A stretch of DNA of 64,000 bases from Styela clava (lineage: Eukaryota), in NCBI RefSeq assembly GCF_964204865.1, contig NC_135256.1, positions 6,324,001 through 6,388,000 on the forward strand. Reading direction: 5' to 3'. A program made the position numbers and the translations under genes. Under the pieces are notes generated by a model. It saw only the letters and a program-made list of their open reading frames with translations, searched no databases and had not been told where the DNA came from. Positions 49,501-64,000 of the stretch are shown in pieces. The number at the start of each line of letters is the position of its first letter. Position 1 is the stretch's first letter.

Positions 49501-51132
49501 CTACGCCCTGAAATAGATGAACTCTTGAAAGAAAACCTTAATAATAACCTTGGAGACGATTCGCTTAAAAATGGCGAAGAGTTAGCGTCTAGTTCTGAAG
49601 CATCTGATTTTGAGAAAATTGATGAAGTGGTAGAATTTAAAAAACAACGTAAAAGAAAGTCGAACCCCAAGGTTTGTTGTCTACTTATTTTAACATTTGT
49701 TAGGTATATACACAAAATGGGTCAGATTGGTCAGCAAAATTTACCCATGAAATTCATGTTGTTTTATTACTGGATGATCTCTCTTCGTGTCGTGAAATTA
49801 ATAATAACTCATTCCATTATTTTGTTCATTCTGGTATATATGCATCATATTTTTCAGGAAAATACTGATGAATGTGATGTGCAAGAATTTTCCAAATCAA
49901 TGTTAGAAAAACTGGAAGAATCAAATGATTCTGATGATAGGTAAGTGGCGCTTTAGAAGTATGTGTACCATTATTGAGGTAACTAATTTTTAATCAAGTT
50001 GTGTAAAGGGACTGAAACCTATGGGCAGGGGCTAACACAGACAGTCCCCGAACTCGTAATAGAACTAATATAAGGGAAATCGAAATATTATTAGGCCTAA
50101 CCCTAAGCTGGTACACACACTACGGGAGTACCAGGTATGTAATATATATGCGTTTAGCATTGATGAACTGCTTTAAATTCTACAGTAACATTGTGAATAA
50201 AAATAGTCCGGTGACCAATGGAACCTAAATATTTGAAACTCAATAGGGATCACCAGCCGGAACTAGAATTCTGTGTTTTTTAAAACATACACTTGAAAAA
50301 TACATTATGTTGTTATCGGCCAATTCCTTCAATTATAAATGATATGTTATGAAGCATATTGTGAATTTTTAATTTTAATGTTGAGCATTAGAGGTCACTC
50401 AATACTACTATTTTTAGTTTCTTCATCTGTTAAAGTTTTACATTTTACAGAGAAAATTCTGATTTAACTGAAGATTATGTTAGTTTCTTCAGGCATGCAA
50501 CGAGCAATTCTTCATTGCAGTTCTTATTACATTTTATAGAGAAAATTTTTATTTATTTGAAGGTTATATTAGTTTCCTTAGGCATGCCACTGAAATATAC
50601 TTTATTGCGCTGCAATTCTAATTAATATTTATTTTTTCACAGAATTGCTGACAATGATGACGATGAAACAAATGGTCGAAGGGCAATAAATTATGAGGTA
50701 AAACATTTTGTATTCTTCAACAAAGACAATGATCTACTCCATATTGATTTATCACAATTTTAGTTAAGCCTGATCAATAATTTATGTGATTCATTTTACC
50801 AAGTCATCTTTATTATTTTGTTTTTGACTTTGCACCCTCCAATGGCTGTGATTTGTTTTCACGAGCGAGTTATGTTATTTTCAAATTGGTCAATCATTGT
50901 CATTTCTCATTTTTACAACTTTTTTCGTCAACAGATTGCCAAGAACAAAGGACTTCGTCAGAAAAGGCGGAAGATTGATCGTAATCCTCGTGTCAAAATG
51001 AGACAAAAATACAGGAAAGCAAAGATACGAAGAAGAGGACAAGTTCGTGAATATAGGCCTGAGATAAAGAAATATTCTGGAGAAGCTTCAGGAATAAGAA
51101 TAGGTTTGAGGAAGAGTACAACTCTGCAGTAA
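43501..51132 (+). CDS. UTP3: SSU processome component UTP3/SAS10
   Basis: Exons 43501-43529, 43690-43747, 43838-43945 (YYDEIDKFH), 44763-~44852/44901 (donor ambiguous), 46368-46442 (AWGKRKSSFYG), 47317-47426, 47755-47901 (KKESPELDGLI), 48699-48914 (YLLNISFYL, HPIVSRL), 49468-49671, 49858-49940, 50643-50697, 50935-51132 (IAKNKGL...RNPRVK...YSGEASGI, Sas10 C-terminal domain). Confidence 0.92.
44081..44316. mobile_element. Merlin-like MITE, near-identical to 31526-31762
   Basis: Same TIRs, perfect 8-bp TSD GAGTTTTC, located in UTP3 intron 3. Confidence 0.9.
45780..45981 (-). mobile_element. Merlin-like MITE subfamily 2
   Basis: Reverse complement of the family, ending tggtacacacacttctggagcgcc. 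Confidence 0.8.
46992..47237. mobile_element. hAT-type MITE in UTP3 intron
   Basis: cagtagtttccac ... ggttgaaaaccactg, flanked by ctgtagag / ctgtgtag. Confidence 0.65.
49947..50132 (+). mobile_element. Merlin-like MITE subfamily 2 inserted at a UTP3 splice donor
   Basis: Flanked by AGGTAAGT and AGGTATGT (8-bp TSD, 1 mismatch). Confidence 0.85.
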
Positions 51133-53253
51133 GACTAAACTGTGGCCAATTTATGGAATCTCCATAATAGCTTTCTCAAACGAATGATGAAGTGATGTGA
51201 GTTGATTGTGTTAGTGGCGATTCCTGGCAGAAGCATTACAGGAGTGTGGAGTGGATCATATTGACTTTGAGAGTTATTACTGGATTTATCTGCGTGCTCT
51301 GTTTTTCTTTTTGTTGCCAAAATCTGGTATGCAATCTCAAGAATGTTAAACTTTTTCTATGGTGATTAGTGGGGAAGTCTTTATAATATGGTACAGATAG
51401 GAGTTGTAAAAACCAGTGACCGAATGTCGATAATGTGAACATTGTAAGTTTTCTAAGTTCTCTGAGTGCAGTGATTTGATTTTTACAAACTGGACAAATA
51501 CAGATCAATCATTTAATTTTTGTTCCTTCTGACATTAGGCAACACATGAGGAGTAAATCCATTGCACATGTTGCACAACTGTGTCTGTACCATGTCCATG
51601 TGAATGTGCTGCTAATTTTGGGCAAACAAACTTATAGAGATACCTCGAAGGCAATCATATCGAGGGATATGGTTAAAATATGTCCCGATGAATGAATTGT
51701 TTGAAATATGATACAGTTTTAGTATAATATCACAAGTGAGAAACTAATCTGTTTCTGTTGTTTGGTCAAACCACCCTCGCTGTCGTCTTTCATTTAAAAT
51801 AAAAACTTTAAGATCTCTATTTGGTCAAATCTGTTTTTTATGTGGTGCAAATTATCACAGATCAAATATTCATAATCGCCTAATATAAAATAAAGGCCAG
51901 TTTAAAATTCTTTGGGTGGAAGAAAAAAGGTGATATAGTCCTTCCAACACATTCGATGAAAATCCAGCTCGATTTGTACATCACCTAGAGATGCTAAACT
52001 TGGACTCACCGTGTTGATATGTAATTGCTGACGGGAAACGGCTCCCGGAAATACATGGACCGAAGGCCTGAGCTTGGCAAATTTTTATTACATATTTATA
52101 AGCTTTGATATTGCATTATTCTAAAGAATCTCAAGTTCTAGATTACTCTCAGCATAATATGACTCAAACAAAATCAAATGAAAGTTATTATGCGTTCTCC
52201 AACTCCAAGCATACCTAAAATGGCTTCTAATGCAGCAATTGCTGTAGTATCATCAAAGTCAATAGAATAATGACGCAATAAACGTCACTCATTATTCCCT
52301 AACTAAAGGATTTCTCAAGCTAAGCGCGATATTTTATCCAACCTAATAAGATAAAAAATTAAGATATTAAAATAAGCCTCGAGTTAAAGCAAAGTTATGC
52401 CTTTTGGGACGGAATTATTTCATAATTTTGCATCAGGTTGGGAGTTATTTTTTTGAAAATTTCACCAAAGTAAAATACCGGGACATTTTGCTATCCGGGA
52501 CGGGACAGACGTTTAAACCGGGACTGTCCCGGCCAATCCGGGACGTCTGGTAGGTCTACTTATAGATAATAGCATTCTTGTACAGGACCTTGTTCATTCA
52601 GTAGTTTATTATTCACTAAAATGAACATACACTTAATGCAAACAAAAACTAGGAAAAAAAACATGAAAATGGCATTTCTCGGAGAAGGGTGACGCGAAAA
52701 AACAATGTTGGTTATCTAGCTGAGGCACTCGTGGTGATAAAAGTCTTAACTTTGATACAGGTAGAATAGAAAGACGAAGTCCAATTACGGAAATGTTTGG
52801 TCATTTAAATATTTATGTGCGTTTGTTGTTCTAGTGAGCTTCTGCTTGAATTCGAATTACCGATTAGTCATTGTCACGGAAATAAACGAGGGAACTAGCT
52901 TCCATGAAACAGCCGTATTTGTCATTGGTAATTTGTTGCTTAATGTCGGGATTTCCCTTTTGTGTCATTTCCATACAATTAATAATTTGAACAATCTATC
53001 CAAAGTAGTCCAGTCGATGAGTGCTACGTTAATGAATAAGCTATGAGTTTTGATGTTGTTGGCAATGAAAAAGCGTGACGACAATGAACATTTTCAAGTA
53101 TCAATTACTGAAACGTTTTTGTCATAGACAGACTTGTTCAATTGACAATCTCCGTGTTTGACAAGTCTATGACGTAATGCATGTTTTGACTTCCTGAGAA
53201 ATTGTCGATAACGCTGTCTGCATTCATTTTTTCTTTTTGCAATATTAAAACTT

Positions 53254-53324
53254 TGCACTGCCCGGGAATCGAACCCGGGTCGCAAGAATGGGAATCTTGC
53301 ATGATACCACTACACCAGCAGTGC
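53254..53324 (-). tRNA. tRNA-Gly (anticodon CCC)
   Basis: GCACTGCTGGTGTAGTGGTATCATGCAAGATTCCCATTCTTGCGACCCGGGTTCGATTCCCGGGCAGTGCA forms a full cloverleaf with A and B boxes. A TTTT Pol III terminator follows 3 nt downstream. Confidence 0.97.
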
Positions 53325-54644
53325 GAGGCCGAAACGGAGGTTTTACATCCGGCTCTTAAACATCGTACGAGAGAAATAAAAAAAAAAAACTACAGTTTGC
53401 AATATTATGCGAACGATGGCTTGGAACACATAAGCTTGCTGATAAAATCGATAAATGAAGCGATGGGCGGCCAATTAGGTTGTGTGATTTGTTACCCAAC
53501 TTGACATAATAGAGACTTCGGTGAAGTCGCAGTTAAATTAAATGGTTTATGTTATCAATGCCTGTTTAACACGGCAAGTGGTGTATTCACAATAAAAATA
53601 ATAGTCGATGTAATTGTACAAATTTATTGTATAATCTCATCAATTATCCATAACGTGTTGTGACATAATACGTCAATAAACGTACACAACCGTACGCTGA
53701 TGTAGCCAAGCGCTGACATCATGCAAGCCAAATCACGACCAAGAGAGCTACGTAACGAAACCATTTCTGACAGGTTCATTCACGGCGACGCCGGTATTTA
53801 TACTGCCCCTGATAAAGCGTCAGTCAGACCCGGAACGCCTCGCCCGCCCATTGATGAAAGAGAAAGAAAGATAGAAAGAAAGAGAAACGACGCAGCAACT
53901 ATTCTCACTCTTTTGTTAGCTTCCTCAATTGGCTTTTATCTTTATGTTGATACGTTTCGCTCTTCGGACCTGCTGTGCTTGGCGATACCACCATTACGTT
54001 TTTTAGTATTACACCCATTGATAATTATTTCTTAGTTACGATGTTTCAAACAATAGTATTGTCGGATTTCGAATTTTGACGTAGTCCAGGTATTCCGCTA
54101 TATTACTCGAACAGCGTCGTCACATAGGTAGGCACAAGGTAGCTGAAAGTAACACACATTTTATCACTCAAGGAAGGAATTAGGCCGGAAGTTAATTAGG
54201 TTAATAATCAAAAGAAAAGGGTCGAAAGAATATGTGATGAACAGAGATATGTTGAACGTTGAATGAAATGAGGATAATCAATAATTACAAAAAATTGTTC
54301 AGTGTGATGCCACTCTAAACTTTTGTGTGAAACTGTGATGCCACATTCAGACATTATATCAGTATATTCAAATATTGTACTGTCATAGGCCTATGTCAGA
54401 TTGGGTAATGGTAACTATTCATGTTCAAATTAAAGACATAGTGTAATAGAGGCTGTGTGTTTAGCTGGGTATACAGTTCTGCAGTTACACGGTTTTACAT
54501 TCAGTTTCTTAGGTCAGTAAGTAGACTGGCGATTCCTACTTTTCAAGATTCATGGATATGAGTGACATAAAGAACACGCACTCAGATCTTATTTTTGACA
54601 TATGTCCAAATGTCAATTGTGTTCAAATTTTTGTCTTTAAGTAT

Positions 54645-55000
54645 AAGTATAAGTTTATTTCGACTCCATAATCAGCAATAGACGATAAAAAAAATAGATA
54701 AAAACAAAAGTAAAAGTAACTGATTATAGAATCGGGAAAGCGAACAAAACCTAGAGTAAGGTTTGAAACGTACAGATTTTAGATGGAAAGGTATTGATAA
54801 AAGAAGTAGTACGTGTTCGCTCACCCAAAAGTAAAAAAAAACTAATGAAGGCACGCACGCACACACACACACACAATCATCGAGACATGATACTGTCGGA
54901 AGCGAAAAAAGCGAGACTTAAAAGTAAAAAGGAAGGAAAATATACAAACAAATTAAAAAAATAAAAAATGAATAAATTCTTTTGCCACGCCAAATTGTAA
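54645..55000 (-). repeat. Interspersed repeat (probable LINE 3' end)
   Basis: Homologous to 14230-14460 (+): ggtgag..aacacgtac...ccttccatct...tctgtacgttt.aaacctta. Ends in an aataaac plus simple-repeat tail. Confidence 0.55.
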
Positions 55001-56803
55001 GTAATACCCATAAGTAATACCCATAGCATAAATCCTCAGCGACAAGCATTATTTTCTTTGATCAGATGATGGTAGACAAAAGTAACTGTCATAAGCTAGT
55101 GGGAAATTTTTATGTTATTACACCCCAATAGCTGTTATTGATTACATGTTTATTACAAATTTAACAATCGCCATAAAATCAATGCTTGAATACAATCATG
55201 ATTTGTTTATTACTGTCACAAATTAGAACCATGGCAATAAAACCTCATAAAATGTTATTACTTTGAACTGTATTGTTTGTGAATACTGCTTTCAATATAT
55301 ATGACTTGGACTTTCAAATATGCTTCTTTGAATCAGCGCATTTTTACAGATTCAGTGGCAAAAACTCGATAAAAAAATCTTGTTTAGTCATCTACGATAT
55401 TCCAAAAAAAGCATTGACGTTTCTTAAGCATGTAAGGTGCCATGATTAGAACCTAGGTCCTAGATAATAAGTGTTGCTGCTTGTTAACCAGCTTTGGTTC
55501 CCTGTGATTTTCCCATCCCACCCCACTGTAATTATCATTTTCTCATGATTTGTGTACAATTGATTTTCATTTTATTGTTTAAGAAAAGTAAACTTGTTTT
55601 GACTTACCGTATTACTAAAATATACATATTTCTGGCAAAAAGAGCCAACTGGAACTTAGGACCTAAGTCTTACATAACCAGCCAGTGATATTGAAATTGT
55701 ATACTCTTAAAATTAGTTGAAGTGTGTATTCAATATTGTAAATTTTTATAATACACTGTTTTTAATACATATTGCAATTTGCAACAAAATTAGCACTTGT
55801 CCAGCTAATCAAGCCATATATATATAATTATTTTTTACTTCACTGCATGCAAATTTGAAAACCAAGCAAAACAGTGTAGTTCCAGATATTACTGAATTTC
55901 AAAATCAGTTTCCATGGCTATTGACAAATATGTTTTCAAATTCATATTTATAAAGATGTCTCGATTCAGGCTATGTTTCAGAATCATAAATACTTATTTA
56001 AATGTTTCGCAAAAGTATATAGGTACGTTTCGCACATCTGTCTTTCTGCCTGACTGCTGACACTAGTTGACCCAGTGATTTCTGGACTACCAATACCCTG
56101 AGTCATCTCATGTGGGGGGATGAATCATCTCTCAAGCTGGCACATAGTCTTTCATATGATGTCTTATATTACTGTCTGAACTAACACTATAACAATAGGA
56201 ATCAGAAATAAATAGATACTATTAACTATTGATAGTCAAAAATGGAAAATTTTGTAGATGATATTGTTTTACTGAAGTACTTTTAAAATCAGGACTTTAC
56301 TGGTTGGAGTATATTTTAGTTTTATTTTTCCTCGACCTAACATGTCATGAAACTTAAATTTATTGATTTAGATCAGTGATTCTCAAACTTTTTAAGCCGC
56401 GCCCCTTTTTAGAATTTGTCAAGTCTTGCGCCCCTCAAAAGTAGCTACGGTAACTAACAATAAGCTACAAATAACAGATAGTAAGACGAAAGTATGTTTT
56501 ATTCAAAAACATGTTGAAAATATGTGGTTGGCACGTGAATATCTGAAATAATGCGGGCAAAATCAAATCTACTGAACCACTGATTTAGGTTGTTCTCATG
56601 CTTATTAGGGGATGAAAAAAATCCAAAAAGAATGGTAACCATATACAGGTGTCGGGTTCAGACTCGTGGAAACTAAAGTAATGTGCAGCTATGCTTGGCC
56701 CGTAAAGTCTAACCAGAGGTTACACAATCTATAGTAAATTGAATTAACAACCCATAAGTTCAATCTATCTAACTAATATTTTTGTTTTCTTCCATAGAGT
56801 TAA

Positions 56804-60892
<4,089 letters not shown>

Positions 60893-61464
60893 TTTCAAAG
60901 CCACGCACTTACGTAATAACTTTTGCAAGTTAACCTCCTTTTCAAGTCACAGCGCCAACGGGTACGGTGCACTTGAGCAATCGTATTATTTGCTTGGTGA
61001 AGCAGACCTTTTTGTACATAATTCCACTTTGGGCTGCTTGCATAGTGATGAACCTATTTTTACAGAACTAACTTTGTGCAACATCTGTTTTCATGGGATC
61101 ACTTACTTCACTGTTGCAGTAGCCAGGCTTCCACTGGATATATATATTTACTTGTAAAATTGCATGAATAATTAGTGTAATCTTCAGTACTACATTCTAC
61201 AAGGCTTTTTTATAGGCCAAGAATAACCCTTGTCAGTCCTCAATATGCATAATATATTTCAGAGTCTGCTATTGCCAGATTGGTCTTGATTCTATCTGTT
61301 AAAGTACTGATAGGAAAGTTATTTCTAAATCGCATATTTTTCTCATTTTCAATAAAATTGGTTTTTAAGTACCATTATTATTTAAACAGATTAAAAAGTG
61401 TTATTCTGTTAATTGTCTGTGAAGCTGCAGATTTTGGGTCCAGGATATGTTCGCTTCTCTAGAA

Positions 61465-61838
61465 CAGGGTTTCCCCAGACAGGAATCTGGGGTCCGTGAT
61501 GACTGCATAGGGTAGAGTATGCAACGATATGACTGATGAAACTTCATCGCCTTTTGCAACGACCTACATGTGTGATGCAGCATTTCCAGCTCTTACCAAT
61601 AAGATGACAAAATACTTGTCATAGAGTCGGACTTACAAGATTGCTTGTTACAAATTGCTCCTAGAATTGGTAAATTGTGCACGGATGATCATAAATCACA
61701 TTAATGTTGTGTTGTAAATCAAACATTATTCCTCCTCACTGGTAAGGCACAGAAATTGAAACGGCATCTGATGAGAGCCCATCAAAACTGAAGATTCACA
61801 AACACGAGTCTGCAGCCCAAAAGGTTTGGGAAACCCTG
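61465..61838. mobile_element. hAT (Charlie-like) non-autonomous element abutting the MAD2L2 stop codon
   Basis: TIRs CAGGGTTTCCC / GGGAAACCCTG; TSD CTCTAGAA/CTCTATAG; an internal KLKRHL-coding remnant resembles Charlie transposases. Confidence 0.8.
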
Positions 61839-61840
61839 CT

Positions 61841-62220
61841 CTATAGCATTTGTTCCACAATGAGTTGCATATTGAGAACGGGGGAACTCGTTAATGTTTT
61901 TATCGGTAGAATCTTCTTAGGGTCCAATTGCTTTGAAAAATCTGATTTATCTACTTTGATCCACTTTATATTATCATCTTGGTTGCTCAGAACATTGAGG
62001 TCAGCTTCGCAATCTGCTGCACATGCCACTAATATCTGAAAGTTACGAGAACTGTTAAAGGATTGAACTCCTGTGTGACATGATCAAAATTTGTGACAGG
62101 AAAAGGCAGACCTCAAATGTACAAGTATCTTTCAACGGCTCCATTTGTGACCCGCTTGCTGAAATTTTCAGAATGAATGATCTTAGCGATTGCTCAAGTT
62201 CTGAATATTCAAATTCCTTT
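61841..62220 (-). CDS. MAD2L2: REV7/MAD2L2 HORMA protein, last two coding exons (upstream exons not found, probably beyond the window)
   Basis: Exon 62220-62112 (ELEQSLRSFILKISA...CTFE) joins exon 62035-61841 (ILV...KWI...ILPIKTLTSSPVLNMQLIVEQML*). This resembles the REV7 C-terminus (EQLLRAFILKIS...CTF.VLV...[20 protein letters not shown]). Confidence 0.88.
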
Positions 62221-62381
62221 CTGAAATGGAGATGGAATTAAACTCTGTTAGTTAAGTGGACTTGGTAATACATTGTGCTACAAGATAGGATGTACCAATG
62301 ACTACAATGTATGGGCTCACAGGTTGGAAGCCTGTAGATGATGATCCAGTATTCCCGTAAAATGTGAACCAAGATGGTGAA

Positions 62382-63600
62382 TAGGGATGGGCAATATAGA
62401 ATACCGAATCCCAAAGTATTCGAATCCGACGGGATTCGATAACAGGATTCGGTTTCCTCCTCTCCGGCGCGAAGCGTCAATTTTTGTATTTCGAGTTTCT
62501 AAATTTATCAATTAAAGACGAGCGTTTTTTCTCGCGTCGAAATCTCACGAGCGTTTTTTCTCGCGTGGAAATCTCTCCCGTTTAACATAACTTGCGTCTG
62601 CTCGTAAAATAGGTAAACATCAAACACTGTAATCTCAATCTTCATATTCAGAACAAGAAGTCGGCGAAGTACACCTCACGGCGAAGACTCGTTATTGCAC
62701 CGTTTTTGCGTTCTACTGATTTGCTATATAGCTAACGTATAATAATAATAATTATTTGTGCCGACTTACTAGCGATATTCCGATAATCTGATTGCAACAA
62801 TCTTCAATTGTTTACAGACGTGCCTTGCTTCATTTTACATTAAGATATCTCGAGACCTGCGAGTTTTACCAAAAAAAGATGCATGTAAACCAAAAGCCAG
62901 GCGTTAAATGTTATAACATTGCTTGCGATTGATTTAGATCAAATATTATTTACGAATTATTTATTACACCATTTTCCGAAAATACAAAGTTATATCGGGA
63001 AAATCTGTTACATTCAAACTCCACTCTCAAAACATTACATTTGTTTCGGTCCGTTTCTATCGTTCAAGATCGACGCACGTTTGATCGAGTATCTGCAGTA
63101 ATTTTGTCGCTGGTAAATTTTAAAAAAAGTTGCCGCATCTGGCGAAGATAGTGACGTATTGAGTTTAATTAGGGCCAAGTCTGTGTAGATAATGATATGT
63201 AACGATAATCATAGAAAATAAATTAGTCTTTAGATGTTATTACCTAATAACTAAGTACACCGTTTTCCGAAATACAATGTTATTGCAATACGTGAAAATC
63301 TGTCACATTTGAATTTCACTCTCTAAAGATTACATATTTTTCGGTCCTTCCCTATCGTTCAAGATAGACGTACGTTTGATCAAGTGTCTGTAGTATTTTA
63401 GTCGCCGATAAATTTAAAAAAAGTTGCCGCATCTGGCGAAGATAGTGACGTATTGAGTTTATGCACGGCCAAGTCTGGGCAGATAATGATATGTAATGAT
63501 AATCATAGAAAAGGAATTAGTCTTTAGATGTTATTACCTAATAACTAAGTACGAAATCGCGTTTACGGGAACTTGGTTTTACAAGTCTTGCTCGCGCAGA
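62382..63600. mobile_element. hAT-like element (left end) in MAD2L2 intron with ~300-bp internal tandem duplication
   Basis: TAGGGATGGG terminus with GAATCC/GATTCG subterminal repeats. It interrupts a Merlin-like TIR (62349-62380). About 62965-63258 is repeated at 63259-63552. Right end not identified. Confidence 0.6.
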
Positions 63601-64000
63601 ATAAAAAGTTGATTTTAATTGATAGTGGTTAAATTTAATATTTTACAACGGCCGCATAGGTTGCAGTGGCCACACGCTGGTCCTGCATCTAATTAATTCT
63701 CAGCGGGTATGTTTTAGTTAGTACACTCGGGCGGACTAACATTAAAAATGATTTAACGCCGTTTCATATCTATTTTTGTATTTAACCGCTTCTTATTATA
63801 GTGTGTAAAGCGCGTCTTAATTTAGTTTTTCAGTATTTAGGGATTACATACATTTGGAACAAATTGAAGGCAAAAAAAATAATAATCCTATAATAAGTTT
63901 TATTGTCCTGGGAAATGCCTGTTTAGTATCAAATGAAATCCAATGCTCAGGACATTTCCAAATAAATAATACATTTATAGTTATACATTTAAAACTTTTT

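Noticed and set aside
51135-51600. Minus-strand Cys fragments (CNMC, CPVC) resembling a decayed RING gene
   Set aside because: Fragments are separated by stops, lack RING spacing and clear splice sites, and overlap the probable UTP3 3'UTR.
53094-53504. ORFs of 63 and 100 aa
   Set aside because: They are translations across the tRNA-Gly gene.
53721-54035. 104-aa ORF upstream of CDC42
   Set aside because: No recognisable motif; the region looks like the CDC42 promoter or non-coding first exon (GC box, CRE-like words, GA-rich tract).

Overview
AT-rich, intron-containing animal genomic DNA. The compact genes, short introns and dense MITE/SINE content suggest an invertebrate chordate such as an ascidian (inference). 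Genes reconstructed by hand from GT-AG junctions: an HMGA-type three-AT-hook gene with an atypical Q/P/H-rich tail (+, 3.5-10.3 kb, 5' end not found); a dynamic cluster of three near-complete copies plus two relics of a gene I do not recognise, encoding three tandem RING-type zinc fingers and a multi-pass membrane anchor (15-32 kb); an intronless matrin/JAZ-type zinc-finger gene followed closely by a two-IQ-motif gene; BLOC1S1 (-); UTP3/SAS10 (+); tRNA-Gly(CCC) (-); CDC42 with two alternative terminal exons (+); and the last two exons of MAD2L2/REV7 (-). Non-coding space holds hAT-type, Merlin-like (GG termini, 8-bp TSD, TTAGGG-containing), Tc1-like and Helentron-like non-autonomous elements and a tRNA-derived SINE. 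The most novel-looking system is the triple-RING/multi-TM putative membrane E3 ligase family, built from symmetric phase-2 exons and evolving by inverted and tandem duplication, exon duplication and apparent gene conversion. Also notable are let-7 seed sites clustered in and downstream of the HMGA gene, a shared ~37-bp DR1-type motif upstream of three unrelated genes, and the duplicated CDC42 last exon. Most short ORFs in the supplied track are spurious or exon fragments.
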